Made by a program: the position numbers and the translations under genes
Part shown: piece after piece, positions 24,829 to 40,510 of the stretch
How the letters are laid out: each line of letters starts with the position of its first letter
How positions within the stretch are numbered: position 1 is the stretch's first letter
Origin: Eledone cirrhosa
Lineage: Eukaryota
Reading direction: 5' to 3'
Assembly (NCBI GenBank): GCA_964016885.1
Contig: OZ024741.1
Span: forward strand, 119,660,001 to 119,724,000
DNA length: 64,000 nucleotides
The notes under the pieces: model-generated
What the model was told of the DNA's origin: nothing
Database searches by the model: none
The model's input: only the letters and a program-made list of their open reading frames with translations

Positions 24829-25478
<650 letters not shown>

Positions 25479-25480
<2 letters not shown>

Positions 25481-27076
25481 GAGGCAATTACAGGAAAAGT
25501 ACCTAGCTAAAAGTAAGCCACTCTACTTGGCATTTGTCGACCTTGAGAAAGCCTTTGACAGAGTTCCACGTTCAGTAATCTGGTGGGCTCTTAGAAAACT
25601 AGGAGTAGATGAACGGCTTGTGAAAGCGGTACAAGCCATGTATAGGGGAGCAGTCAGCAAAGTTAGGATTAGCAATGAGTATAGCGAGGAATTTAGCGTA
25701 CAGGTTGGGGTCCACCAGGGCTCTGTTCTTAGCCCTCTCCTGTTCATCATAGTCCTGCAGGCAATAACGGAGGAGTTTAAGACCGGATGCCCATGGGAAC
25801 TCCTGTATGCTGATGACCTCGCACTCATAGCTGAATCTATGGTAGAACTAGAAAATAAATTCCAAACTTGGAAGCAGGGACTAGAAAGAAAGGGTCTCAA
25901 AGTCAACATGACAAAGACTAAGGTCCTTGTAAGTAGACGAGAAAACAGAACCCAGATCCCCTCAGGGAAATGGCCTTGCTCAGTATGTAGGAAAGGTGTA
26001 GGTAGGAACTCCATTCTCTGCCCCAAATGCAAACAATGGGTACACAAGAGATGTAGCGGGATCTCAGGAAGCTTAATTAAGAATGTAGGATTCACATGCA
26101 GCAGCTGTGCTGATACAGCAAGCAGCAAACAGCCACAGGAAACAAGTACCACCAATCTCTGGGAGGGCCCTGTAGAAACAGTAGACAGCTTCTGCTACCT
26201 AGGTGAAAGAATTAGCAGCGGAGGTGGGTGTTCAGAAAGTACAATAACTAGGGTAAGAACGGGATGGAAGAAGTTTAGGGAACTACTACCACTGCTAGCT
26301 GCAAAAGGCTTCTCCCTCAGAATGAAAGGCAGACTGTATGATGCGTGTATCCGAACAGCGATGTTGCATGGTAGTGAGACCTGGGCGCTGAAGGTGGAAG
26401 ACTTACGTAGATTAGAGAGAAACAAAGCCTGCATGCTCCGATGGATGTGTAACAGTAATATACGTGAACGACAAAGCATAAATGAATTGAGAGAGAGACT
26501 GAGCATAAGTGGAATCAAATGCTGTGTGCAGGAGAGGCGGTTGCGCTGGTATGGACATGTGATGCATATGAAGGATGACAGCTGCATAAAAAGGTGCAGA
26601 GCACTAGAAGTTGATGGAAACCGCGGAGTGGGGAGACCCAAGATGACCTGGGATGAGGTGATAAAAGCCGACCTTACCCAATTGCACCTCTCAAAGACAA
26701 TGACACACGACCGTGACTTCTGGTGTCACGCAGTAATACAGAGTACCTGACCTCCCATGGGTACAAGCTGAAGCATATAGACAATATGCCCCCACACCCC
26801 CCACCGCAAGGTGGTCATGGAGGTGCCACGGCAAAAAAGCACCCAGCCCACACTGTAAAGTGGACGTGTAGGCGCCACGAAAAAGCACCCAGCACTTACT
26901 GTAAATGAGGTTGGTGTTAGGAAGGGCATCCAGCTGTAGAAATCAAGCCAAATCAGTTCCTGTATGAGCAAGGCATGGTCAGCCGACCAGACACTGCCCA
27001 CAACAGGACAACCCGTCTAACCCATGCTAGCGTGGAAGAACGGACGTAAAACGGTGATGATGATGATGATGATGAT
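25479..27076 (+). mobile_element. RTE LINE, 5'-truncated, open RT C-half to stop at 26750, 3' UTR and (GAT)n tail
   Basis: RQLQEKY..DLEKAFD..QGSVLSP..YADD..PHD-like block..[17 protein letters not shown]. Confidence 0.95.
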
Positions 27077-28495
<1,419 letters not shown>

Positions 28496-28534
28496 ATATA
28501 TAAGAACAAAAGATGGTTAAAAGAGTTCCATGTA

Positions 28535-28601
28535 TTTTATTATGCGTATTTCAAAAACAAATATCATCATGCAATAATATTTGTGTTTTCATCAGATAAA
28601 A
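28535..28601 (-). ncRNA. Type I hammerhead ribozyme
   Basis: Minus strand reads ttttat CTGATGA aaac-acaaatatt..gatatttgt-tttt GAAA tacgca TA ataaaa. Confidence 0.8.
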
Positions 28602-28970
28602 CAGGAAGACATGATATGAAGGTTAAAAAACACTTGTGGATAGTGCAGTTTTAAATCAACATATGAAAAGTAGTTTTAGATTGATGTGTGAAATTGGGAA
28701 AAAATATTTCATTTTGAGGGGGGGGGGGGGTTGGAAAGGATGAAAAAGAGGAGGAGATGAGAGGAAAAAGTGGAGAGGGAGGAGTATAATGAGGAAGGAT
28801 GAGATAGGAGGAGAGATGGGTGATAGAGAGAGAGAGGTAGCTTTTATAACTGAGAAAGATATATTGTTTTACATCGAGAGGTTGAAAACCGTTGGAAGAT
28901 AATGTATAAATTAAAAAAATTTGAAAATTAACGAAGAGAAAAATAATGTAAAGTTGAGGTTTGTATATTG

Positions 28971-29198
28971 AAGGGTTTAATAATATGTGCGATGAAAAGA
29001 AAATGTTAATATGTATTAAGAATAATATTTAAGGGTTTAATAATATGTGCGATGGAAAGAAAAAGTTAATATGTATTAAGAATAATATTTAAGAGTTTAA
29101 TAATATGTGCGATGGAAAGAAAAAGTTAATATGTATTAAGAATAATATTTAAGGGTTTAATAATATGTGCGATGGAAAGAAAATGTTGATATGTATTA
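28971..29198. repeat. 60-bp tandem repeat, ~3.8 copies
   Basis: aagggtttaataatatgtgcgatggaaagaaaa.gttaatatgtattaagaataatattt at 28971, 29031, 29091 and 29151. Confidence 0.9.
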
Positions 29199-29691
29199 TT
29201 AAAAAGAACAACAAGTAATTTAAGTAAGGATATATTGTGAGATGAGCATGAATAAGTTAGATGAAAGGGAGAAAGAATAATGAATTGAGGATGAATAATC
29301 TAACGTCAAAAAAATGTTTATGTTTACGAAGGATTTTTACAATGTGATATAGAGGAAGAATGTATTGTATTATGTAATAATTGATTCTATGCTAGGCAAC
29401 AGTGAGAAAAGGTACAGATTAGGGGTTAGACATTAAAAGAAAAAGAGAAGAAAGGGAAGTGATAAATAGGAGCGATATAGAATGAGTAACAAGTATTATA
29501 TAATGTATAATAAAAACTTTGAAATAAGGTAGAAAGATGGGTATATTTTTAAAGAAGTGTATATATATATATATATATATATATATGTGCCTTTGAGAAA
29601 AAGATTCTAAATTGATAAAGTTTTGGATATTAGCTGTATACTTTGTGGAATGTTATATATGTATATATATATGTATATATATATGTATATG

Positions 29692-29722
<31 letters not shown>

Positions 29723-29869
29723 GTATATATATGTATATATATATATGTATATATATGTATATATATATATGTATATATATGTATATATATATATGTATAT
29801 ATATATATGTATATATATACATATATATATATGTATATATGTATATATATGTATATATATATATGTATA

Positions 29870-29916
<47 letters not shown>

Positions 29917-29929
29917 GTATATATATATG

Positions 29930-29964
<35 letters not shown>

Positions 29965-29969
29965 GTATA

Positions 29970-30016
<47 letters not shown>

Positions 30017-30048
30017 GTATATATATGTATGTATACATATATATATAT

Positions 30049-32466
30049 ATCATCATCGTCATCATTTTACGTCCGCTTTTCCCTGCTTGCAAGGGTGGGA
30101 CGGGTCTTATTCAGCACAGCATCTCTCCACTATTCACGGTCTTTCGTCATCTCCACCGTGAGCTTCAATGATCTGAGGTCTATTCTCACCACCTCCGCCC
30201 ATGTTTTTCGAGGTCTACCTCTACCACGTCTTCCTTCAACTGGCATTTCCTGGCACTTCTTCACCCATCGGTCATCCTCCATGCGCATCACATGTCCATA
30301 CCACTTCAGTCTCCTCTCCCGTACACTACATTCTATCCCTCTCAGACAAAGTTTCTCTCTCAACACATTCATGCTGGGTCATTCACGCACACTGACATTG
30401 CACATCCAATGAAGCATGCTTGCCTCATTTCTCTCCGTTGCATATCCTCTACAGTTGCTGCCCATGTCTCACTACCATGCAGCATCGCGCTCCTCAGAAA
30501 GGCATCATACAACCGGCCTTTTGTACGCAGGGAGAAGTCCTTCTTCGTCAGCAGAGGAAGCAGCTCCCTAAACTTCTTCCACCCCGTCCTCATTCTAGAT
30601 ACTATGGCCTCGGAATACCCTCCTCCCATGCTAATCTGATCTCCTAGGTACCGGAAGCTATCCACCACTTCTATAGCGCCCTCTTGCATTTGAAAAATGT
30701 GTCTATCAATGCGACTTCTACTGTCTAATTTCCCTGTACATCTACTGCATACATATTTCTCCCTACCTGTTAGTTTTCCTGCTATCCCGCTATATCTCTA
30801 GTGAACCCATGATCTGCAATGTGTGCATTTTATAGAATTTATGCCAGTTCCTTTTCTGCATATCGAACATGGCCATTTCCCTGATGGAATCAGAGTTTTG
30901 TACTCTTTTCTACTCATCAATACTTTTGTCTTAGCTAGGTTCACTCTCAGTCCTCTTGCTTCCAACTGCTGTTTCCATAGCCAGAATTTATTCTCTAGCT
31001 CCTCTACTGATTCTGCTATAAGAACCAGATCGTCAGCATAGAGAAGTTCCCATGGACAGCCAGTCTTAAACTCCTCTGTTATGGCTTGGAGGACTATAAT
31101 GAACAAGAGCGGGCTGAGGACCGAACCTTGATGTACTCCTACTTGTATCTGGAATTCCTCACTAAACTCCATTCCTACCCTGACTTTACTGAGAGTATCT
31201 CTGTACAAAGTTTGCACTGTCCTCACAAGCCATTCCTCAACACCTAGCTTCCTTAGGGACCACCAGATGACAGATCCGGGTACCCTATCAAAGGCCTTCT
31301 CTAGGTCAACAAAGGCTAAGTATAGTGGCTTATTTTTCTCTAAGAACCTCTCTTGCAATTGTCTCACCAAGAAGAAGGCATCTGTTGTACTCTTCCCAGG
31401 CACAAAACCAAACTGCATCTCATCTAGTTTGACCCCTTCTCTAATTAGTTGTGCTAATATCCTTTCTGCTACTTTCATCAGTTTTATACCCCTATAATTG
31501 CTCCTCTCCAGAGCATCCCCTTTACCTTTGTAGCAATTTATGAGAATACTGCTGCACCAGTCTTTGGGTATGACACCACCATATATAGCCTGATTGATGA
31601 TGCATGCAACCAGTTTAGTGCCTACATCCCCTGATGCCTTCAGCATCTCAACAACTATTCCCGATGGTCCAGCAGCCTTACCATTTTTCATTTCCTTAAT
31701 CGCCTCTTGAACCCTATATTCGTCAATCTCAATAGCTGGTCCCTCTGTCGGATCTACTAAGGGTAATTTCTCTCTCTCCCATTCGTTCTCCACATTCATC
31801 AGTCTCTTATAATGACATTTCCAGGCCTCCTTTTTCTGATCATTCGTGACACTAAGTACACCGGCATCACCCCGGACACATTTATCTCCAACAACATCCT
31901 GATTTGCATTGACACACTGCCTTGCAATGTGGAACACCGCACGCCTCAGATCTTCCCGTCGCAGAACGTTGGCAAACCTCCTACTCTCCGCCTCCCTGCG
32001 TGCTAAGTACACCTGACGTCTAGCTCCTCTCTTAGTGGCTGTATATTCTTCCCTATTCCCACCCTTTTTCCAAGCCTTCCATGCTAGTATTTTGTCTCTA
32101 ATGGCCTTATCTACTGTGCTGTTCCAGGTCACTCTGTGTCTGGTTGGAGCTCTCCTCCAGCCACAAGTTTCATCAGTAGTCTGCAGAAAGTTGTCACGTA
32201 AGAAATTCCAGTTATTATCAATGTCATACGTCTCTAAATCGTCTTCTTTTTCGTCATATACGTCTTGAAGAGCTTTCCTAAATTTGTATTTTAGTGAAAG
32301 GTTTTTTAGCTTCCAGACCTTTCTTCTCCACACCTTCCTGTATGTCTCATTCCATCTCTTGCTTACTGAGGTATCACTAACGACTAACCTATGCTGTGGG
32401 GGTACATTCTTCCTCAGGGTATGCCTTGGTATTAGACACTATCTGCCTGTCCTGCTGCCTAACTAG
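30049..32466 (-). mobile_element. RTE LINE, 5'-truncated, with stops and frameshifts
   Basis: ORFs 30798-32333, 30369-30689 and 30130-30372 carry RT motifs (YADD, DLEKAFD, YLG, GRPRKTW); (CAT)n tail at 30049. Confidence 0.93.
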
Positions 32467-32469
32467 TAA

Positions 32470-33050
32470 GAAGTTTTTTTACTATTACACTCTCTTCCCT
32501 CTTTATCTTCCGCATATAAGTGACCGCGCGTGTTTATACGCATGCTTTCATACTCGTATGTGTATTTAATACATGTATCTGGATGCGTGTCAACTATATT
32601 ATCATACATTTTCTTTTTCAACTCATATTATATACGTATTTGTGGTCACATATACACAAATATACTTGCCCTTATATATGTACTTGCGCACACATTTTCA
32701 CCATACACATGCATTTGTGCATACACACATATGTACATTTGCGAGTGTATATACATACATATACACATACCCTAACTATATTTCCTTATATTTTTTTATA
32801 TATCTCTTTCATTACTTTTATTTATATATTTTTTGCATTGCTTGAGGAGACTTTCCAAATATTTCACTGTGTTTAAAATTGCCTTGTCCGACGAACGAAT
32901 AAGGACGTTTTTCGTATTCGTCTTATTCGGGAAACCTCTGGTATGAGGTAATTATATTGTATTGTTTATTATACATTAAATTTTGCTCTGGTACTTACAT
33001 AGAGAACTCTTCACTCCTATGACTTTTTCAATTTTCAAAGGAAATTTCAA
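32470..33050 (+). mobile_element. Solo PLE 3' end, related to 42650-43170(-)
   Basis: Reverse-complement similarity to the 3' end of the 42650-45189 element; contains a hammerhead-like fold at 32877-32955. Confidence 0.75.
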
Positions 33051-33066
33051 TACATATATATATATG

Positions 33067-33125
<59 letters not shown>

Positions 33126-33147
33126 ATCTGTATATATATATATACAC

Positions 33148-33268
<121 letters not shown>

Positions 33269-33274
33269 CACATA

Positions 33275-33308
<34 letters not shown>

Positions 33309-33590
33309 CATATATATGTATACATATATATATATATGTATACATATATATATATATATGTATACATATATATATATATGTATACATATATATATGTATA
33401 CATATATATATATGTATACATATATATATGTATACATATATATATGTATACATATATATATGTATACATATATATATGTATACATATATATATGTACACA
33501 TATATATATGTATACATATATATATATATGTATACATATATATATATATATATGTATACATATATATATATATATATGTATATATATATG

Positions 33591-33622
<32 letters not shown>

Positions 33623-34075
33623 TATATACATATATATCTTTTATCTTTATTATTTTCACTTTTATCCTCCTTTATATTTTACCTTATTCTTACTTTTATA
33701 CCTTATTATAGTGTAATCTTCCCTATGCCTTATTATACATTATTAATTATAGATTATTATTATTACTCTTTTTCCATTTCTAATTACCTCATGTACTTTC
33801 TCCTCCGTTATATATATATTGTATGCCCTTTGTGTGCGTGTAGCCTCTGCACACCCTCTGCACCCTACTATCGACGCCACCCCATCTATGGCTCCACTAA
33901 CCACTCGACTCCCGGGAATGAATATGACCGCAGCTAGTAAACAAGGACCCACACCCCACCCTCCCGCACCAAAATTAGACTTATCGTCCCCTACTTTTGC
34001 TCTTTACTCTCTTTACTCTTTGTTCTTGAATGTTTGGTTGGTAGAGTCCATAACACCAATCAAACCCCTTTTATA

Positions 34076-34120
34076 GCTCTGACGAACCCTACGGTTACGT
34101 AAGGAAGAAACATTGTAAGC
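34076..34120 (+). ncRNA. Minimal type I hammerhead (5' pseudo-LTR)
   Basis: gct CTGACGA a-ccctacg-gtta-cgtaagg-aa GAAA c-att-g TA agc, followed by aataaa. Confidence 0.8.
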
Positions 34121-34342
34121 CAATAAAAATCTTTTGATGTTGAAGACGCTCTTGTGTTCTTTATCATATATACGGCTCTGCTCCAAAGCATAGAGCTAAT
34201 TATTATGCTGCCAATACCTTAATGGGACACGGGTATACAATACCTAACTCCTATCAACCTAAGTATTTTTACGGCTCGCCCGGTTGAGCTAAATCCTTAT
34301 AACCTGTCCACCTTGTGTGTATGATTATAATTGATTGGCAGC

Positions 34343-36876
34343 ATGCTAACTAAAGACTACCTACCTATATCACTCAAGAACATCCCAACCCCATCTAGGA
34401 CTACTTATGAGAAATTACTGATAGCTAGTGTCAACTCCTTCGTTAAGCGTATTAGATGGCGCACTTTCCACTTCGATAAGAGAAATAAGAAATCAACCAC
34501 GGTGTCCCCCAATAACAAATTCGGTTTTAAAACCTATAGGAGCCCGCCCCATGACTCCATGCTAGATGGATTTGAGAATGACCTCCTATCACTAGTAAGG
34601 AATATTAAGTTTAAAAACCCCCATGGGAATAGCAACAAATTCCGGATGAAACTGGAAACCTTAGTTAAGGACTTTAACGATAAAAGAGATATCCTGGTCA
34701 CCTCGGATAAAACCAGAAATATTTATAGCTTAAATTATGATACGTATCGCAGGTTTATATACAATGAATTAAATAGAAACTATAAAAAGACAACAAGCGC
34801 AAACTTAGATGAAATTAATAAGGAAGCATGCGCCATAGTGGATAAACTAGGTCTGGAAAAGTATACCCAACCATATACCCCTAGGCAACCCAGGTTCACC
34901 CTTAAAGACCATAAGGCTGACTTCATTAGTAAACCCTCTGTTAGATTAATTAGCCCATCGAAGTCAGATATAGGAATTATCAGTAAGAAAACTTTAGACG
35001 GCGTTATACCCACCATCAGGAGGAAAATAAATCTAGAGCTATGGGAGAATACGGAAGAGGTTTTGAAATGGTTCTCAAGCCTTAGCAACCATAAATCCCT
35101 TAAATTTATACAATTCGACATCGATGCGTACTACACCTCAATCTCCCCCATACTCCTTAATAAGGCCCTAATCATGGCCATGCAGACCTCACTAGGTCTC
35201 AAATTGATGTCATTCTTGCGGCCCGGAAAACGATAATCACATTTGAGGATGAATTGTGGACCCGCAAGAATACGCCCAATAACTTCGACATCACAATGGG
35301 ATCTAGTGACTCTGCACAAGTAACGGACCTGGTAGGATTGTACCTCTTAAAGGAGTTACATGAGACATTACCGCACTTGAAGGGCGGCTTATACCGTGAT
35401 GACGCCCTCCTCACTCTCGAGTATAAAAAGTGCAATATAGAAAGAACTAGGAAACAGTTACGTAAGTTCTTTAAAAACTTTAATCTAAGTATTACCATAG
35501 ATGCAAATGATAAAACAGTAAACTTCCTAGACGCCACCCTTGACTTAGAAAGTAAAACATTTGCACCCTACCATAAACCTAACGATAGACTAACATATGT
35601 AAACGCCAGGTCCAACCACCCCAAATCAGTCCTAAACGCTATTCCCAAGGGGGTCTCTAATAGAATTAGCAGACTGTCCTGTAATGAGAGTATCTTCAAC
35701 TCCAATGCAGAGTATTATGACAAGGCCCTAGCAGAATCTGGTTACGGGAGTAGATTATCATATATACATAAGGATTCCCAAACCATGAGTGTGAAACCTA
35801 CCAACATAATCACACATAGTATGGCCACAAAGCCTAACCAACTTAGAGGCAAGAATAATAGTAAGAACCCTTATGGCGGTAACCCAGCTAAATATAAACC
35901 ACGTAAAGACAATACCAGAGTCCCTCACCACAACTCTAAAACAGTAAATGATCACGCCATGAATATAAACCATCCGGGCTTAAGCAAAACAGACAACGCC
36001 ACTAACGTTAATAACGGAACCCTACAAAATAGTACGCACAGTAGCGAGACTCACCCCACAGATAAGAAAAATAGAAGAAGGAAAAACATGTATTTTAACC
36101 CACCTTTTAACTCTGAGGTCCTCACTAACCTCCCCAGAGTATTCTTCTCATTATTAGAAAAAAACTTCCCACCAAGCAATAGATATCGCAACATAATTAA
36201 CAAAAACGTAATTAAATTATCCTATTCGACCACACCTAACCTCCCATCACACCTAGCACGCACGAACATTAGGAAAACTAGGGAAGGTTTCGAAGCAATT
36301 AAAATGGCAGTTAACCTCCAGCAACCGACTACACTGGAAAATGGGCAACATAATAGCATCAATGAGCCATCTAATGATATAGAGGCACCTAATGGTAATG
36401 CTAGTAACCAAAGTTCGGGAGGTACGCTAACTAATCGAACCCGCAGTTGCAATTGTAGGCGGAGTAGTAATTGTCCCTTAAGGGGGGATTGCCTCATGAA
36501 AAACATCGTATATGCATGTGACGTAACCACACACAACTCTACCAAAACATATATAGGAGCAACGTCCAATACATTTAAAACTAGATTTAACGCGCATATG
36601 TACACATTTAGACATGATAGACATAAGAATGCCACCTCACTGGCGGTATACATCTCCTTTTTAAAAAATAATAGTACCGCATACAAACTTTATTGGAGGA
36701 AGCTTACTAGATCCACGCCATACCGACCGCAGAGGGGAAGTTGTGACCTGTGTTTACTGGAATGCCATGCCATAATACACTCTAAACTGAACTTGCTTAA
36801 CAGGAAATCGGAAATTTTCTCCTTTTGCCAACACAAAATCCTGAGTTCCTTCTTCTATTTTAAACCTAGCACATAG
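34343..36876 (+). pseudogene. PLE RT-GIY-YIG polyprotein with one frameshift near 35185
   Basis: SLKNIP..KRIRWR..FGFKT..SDKT..LKDHK..FIQFDI; then FDITMGS..GGLYRDD..SNHP..CNCR..YIG..CDLC..E..CQH. Confidence 0.9.
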
Positions 36877-37050
36877 ACGTAACATATATCACGCAACCCC
36901 CACCTAGACTATAGCTCCCCCTCCTCCCCCTAACCCGTAACCCAGATAGATAGGTACCCTAAGGGTGGAACAGTCCCCTACAAGGTTGGTGTTTTTGCGT
37001 GTGTGTGTATGTGTGTGTATGTGTGTGTGTGTGTGTGTATTCTCCTTTTT

Positions 37051-37119
<69 letters not shown>

Positions 37120-37640
37120 TATGTATGTGTGTGTGCGTACGTGTGTGCATGCATGCATGTGTGCGTGCATTGTATGCATGTATATTGTATATATATATAT
37201 ATATGTATATTGTATGCATGCGTATTATATTGTGTGTATGTGTATATGTGACATGTATGAGTATATATGTATGTATGCGTATGTGTGTGTATGTGTGTGT
37301 GTGATGTGTGTATGTATGTGTATATGTATGTATACTTTTCTGTAGAAATCCTCTCTATATGTGGTGTTTGCCATGAATTCCTCCTTTAATACTCTTCTTT
37401 GAGAGGAGCACGATATGTAGAGTAACACATGTATTGTCGAAGTTGAAACTGAGAACCACCACCCCTCCTGCTGACCCAAATGTTTACTGAGGACCAGAAG
37501 ACCATTCTCCGCAATAAAAGAGAGAAATGCGCTTGCCGGACTATTGATGACCATAACATCACATTCCAAGGTAATGGCAAAACACAGTGAATGCTATGCA
37601 CGACCAGAACATCACAACATGCACATCGGAGCAACACAGA

Positions 37641-37980
37641 TATAATATCAATAGGCGAATCAACTGAATTTTTGAGTTGAAATACATATAAATATGTGTC
37701 TGTGTGTATCGAACACACGTACACATAAAGAAGCTGCCGACCTAAATGTACCTGTCATGCCTGTCTGAATTCCTAAGGGAATTTTCGGCCAGTTGCTATC
37801 TTGACCGATTGTAGTATCAGTGGGTGAATCAATTGAGTTTTTTGAGTTGAAATACATATAAATCTGTGTCTGTGTGTGTCGGACACACGTACGCATAAAG
37901 AAGCTGTTGACCTAAATGTGCCTGTCATGCCTGTTTGAATTCCTAAGAGAATTTTCGGTCAGTTGCTGACTTGACCGATT
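37641..37980. repeat. 170-bp tandem duplication
   Basis: tttgagttgaaatacatataaat..acttgaccgatt-type unit at 37671 and 37841. Confidence 0.85.
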
Positions 37981-39198
37981 AACCCCACAATTACTACGTA
38001 GCGGTTCTTGCACGTGACTGCTGGACCCGGATGAAACGAAGACGAAGAATTTCCTTGCGTACCGTTTTGTACCACAGATGCGATATCACCCTGCCTCGTT
38101 AATGTTCTATCGACACCAAAGTTCTACGTTCGAGGCAATAGAATTGAATCCAACCACCAACAACATAGTTGGATGACCGATAATCACACCAAACCGGAGT
38201 ACTGTGATCCTTGTGATTTCGAGATATACAACCACCGACACTGTTACGAAGACCAGAAAACCATACTCCATAATATTGAACCAAGTGATTGATTTGTGCG
38301 ACCAAAATAACACCACACACATATTGAACTAGGAATATTGGATCCTCCGCCAATGTCGGGGTGAGCAAAAATAGATTTCTATCTGCATTGGAATTTACGA
38401 ACTTGTGCATCTGCTGTGGTGTCAAAAACAAACGCACATGACCGCACAGATAAACAATGGACTATGCCACGTGGCTTGAACCTGTAAGTGAATTGAAGGT
38501 TCTGTAACTCTGATATACAGATTATTTATTATTAAGATGTATTAACTTGACATAACTATTATCATCTTATATTCTCCCAACTAATCACATTTGATCATAT
38601 TTCTCTATCCCGTTTTCTCCCCCTATAATTATAATATTTTAATTTTTATTTGAAAAAATCGGTTTTTTTACATTGTGTTTTCCCCTCCAAATACTCGCTT
38701 ATATTTCTTTATATATTCTCTATATATATATTTTTTTAATTTTTCTTTTTACATATATATCTTTTATCTTTATTATTTTCACTTTTATCCTCCTTTATAT
38801 TTTACCTTATTCTTACCTTTATACCTTATTATAGTGTAATCTTCCCCATGCCTTATTATACACTATTAATTATAGATTATTATTATTACTCTTTTTCCAT
38901 TTCTAATTACCTCATGTACTTTCTCCTCCGTTATATATATATTGTATGCCCTTTGTGTCTGTGTGGCTTCTGCACACCCTCTGCACCATACTATCGACGC
39001 CACCCCATCTATGGTTCAGCTAACCACTCGACTCCCGGGAATGAATATGACCGCAGCTAGTAAACAAGGACCCACACCCCAACCTCCCGCACCAAAATTA
39101 GACTTATCGTCCCCTACTTTTGCTCTTTACTCTCTTTACTCTTTGTTCTTGAATGTTTGGTTGGTAGAGTCCATAACACCAATCAAACCCCTTTTATA

Positions 39199-39243
39199 GC
39201 TCTGACGAACCCTACGGTTACGTAAGGAAGAAACATTGTAAGC
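39199..39243 (+). ncRNA. Minimal type I hammerhead (3' pseudo-LTR)
   Basis: Identical to 34076-34120. Confidence 0.8.
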
Positions 39244-39303
39244 CAATAAAAATCTTTTGATGTTGTAGACGCTCTTGTGTTCTTTATCATATATATATAT
39301 ATG

Positions 39304-39335
<32 letters not shown>

Positions 39336-39349
39336 TATGTATATCTATA

Positions 39350-39380
<31 letters not shown>

Positions 39381-39381
39381 G

Positions 39382-39480
<99 letters not shown>

Positions 39481-39509
39481 TATATATATATATGTATATA
39501 TATACATAA

Positions 39510-39540
<31 letters not shown>

Positions 39541-39546
39541 TATATG

Positions 39547-39577
<31 letters not shown>

Positions 39578-39593
39578 ATGTATATATATGTAT

Positions 39594-39630
<37 letters not shown>

Positions 39631-39631
39631 C

Positions 39632-39795
<164 letters not shown>

Positions 39796-39940
39796 TATAT
39801 ATATATATACACACACACACGCACACGCACTTCTCCGTATAAGACAAAAGCTGAAAAATATCTTTTGACATGCTAAAATACCCCCCATTGCTTTCAGACA
39901 CATTCTTACTGACCATCTCTGCCACCACGAATTACTCTGC

Positions 39941-39971
<31 letters not shown>

Positions 39972-40031
39972 TTATCTTAATAGCCATTTGACACACATCG
40001 CTGCTAACCATTATCACAACATCGAACATCT

Positions 40032-40151
<120 letters not shown>

Positions 40152-40181
40152 TTGTTGTGAAAGAGTCATTTCTCAATCTTG

Positions 40182-40495
40182 GCGCAAAACCAATTTTTTA
40201 TTCACATGACCTCTACCGACCAATCAAAATTGTTTTGACCACAAGAATTTTTGCTGGAGCCACTTTTTTAACATAAAAACAGTCTTAGCGCAAAATCAAT
40301 TTTTTACATTCACATGACCTCTACCGACCAATCAAAATTGTTTTGACCACAAGAATGTTTGCAAATTGGAGCCACTTTTTTAACATAAAAACAGGTAGAA
40401 TTCCCAAAACTAATCAGATCAGAGCAAACAGCACGGACACTCTATCTCAAAATTATTTTTGAAAAGCATTTAGAAATGCGCAACCGGTAAAAACT
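40182..40495 (+). mobile_element. PLE pseudo-LTR remnant with a ~110-bp duplication and a degenerate U3-A8 hammerhead
   Basis: ccaatc..ggagccactttt..taaaa motif shared with 54260-54365; ttt TTGAAAA gcattt-ag-aaatgc GCAA ccgg TA aaa at 40456-40492. Confidence 0.5.
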
Positions 40496-40510
40496 TAAAA
40501 ATGTAAGGAG

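Larger units (their letters stand above)
20307..24830 (+). mobile_element. Penelope-like element (Naiad-like), 5'-truncated, long AT-rich 3' region ending in an HHR pseudo-LTR
   Basis: YGFKT..PADKT..LKDHK..RLICPSKSD (20307-20960), then a small deletion/frameshift into ORF 20946-22859. Confidence 0.92.
28496..29560 (-). mobile_element. Solo PLE 3' region/pseudo-LTR with hammerhead
   Basis: Minus-strand HHR related to those at 60470 and 63677; pyrimidine-rich on the minus strand; bounded by TA arrays. Confidence 0.6.
33628..39293 (+). mobile_element. Near full-length Penelope-like element (Naiad-like) with direct ~540-bp pseudo-LTRs
   Basis: 33628-34170 is repeated at 38751-39293; RT/EN ORFs lie between; TA arrays on both sides. 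Confidence 0.92.
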
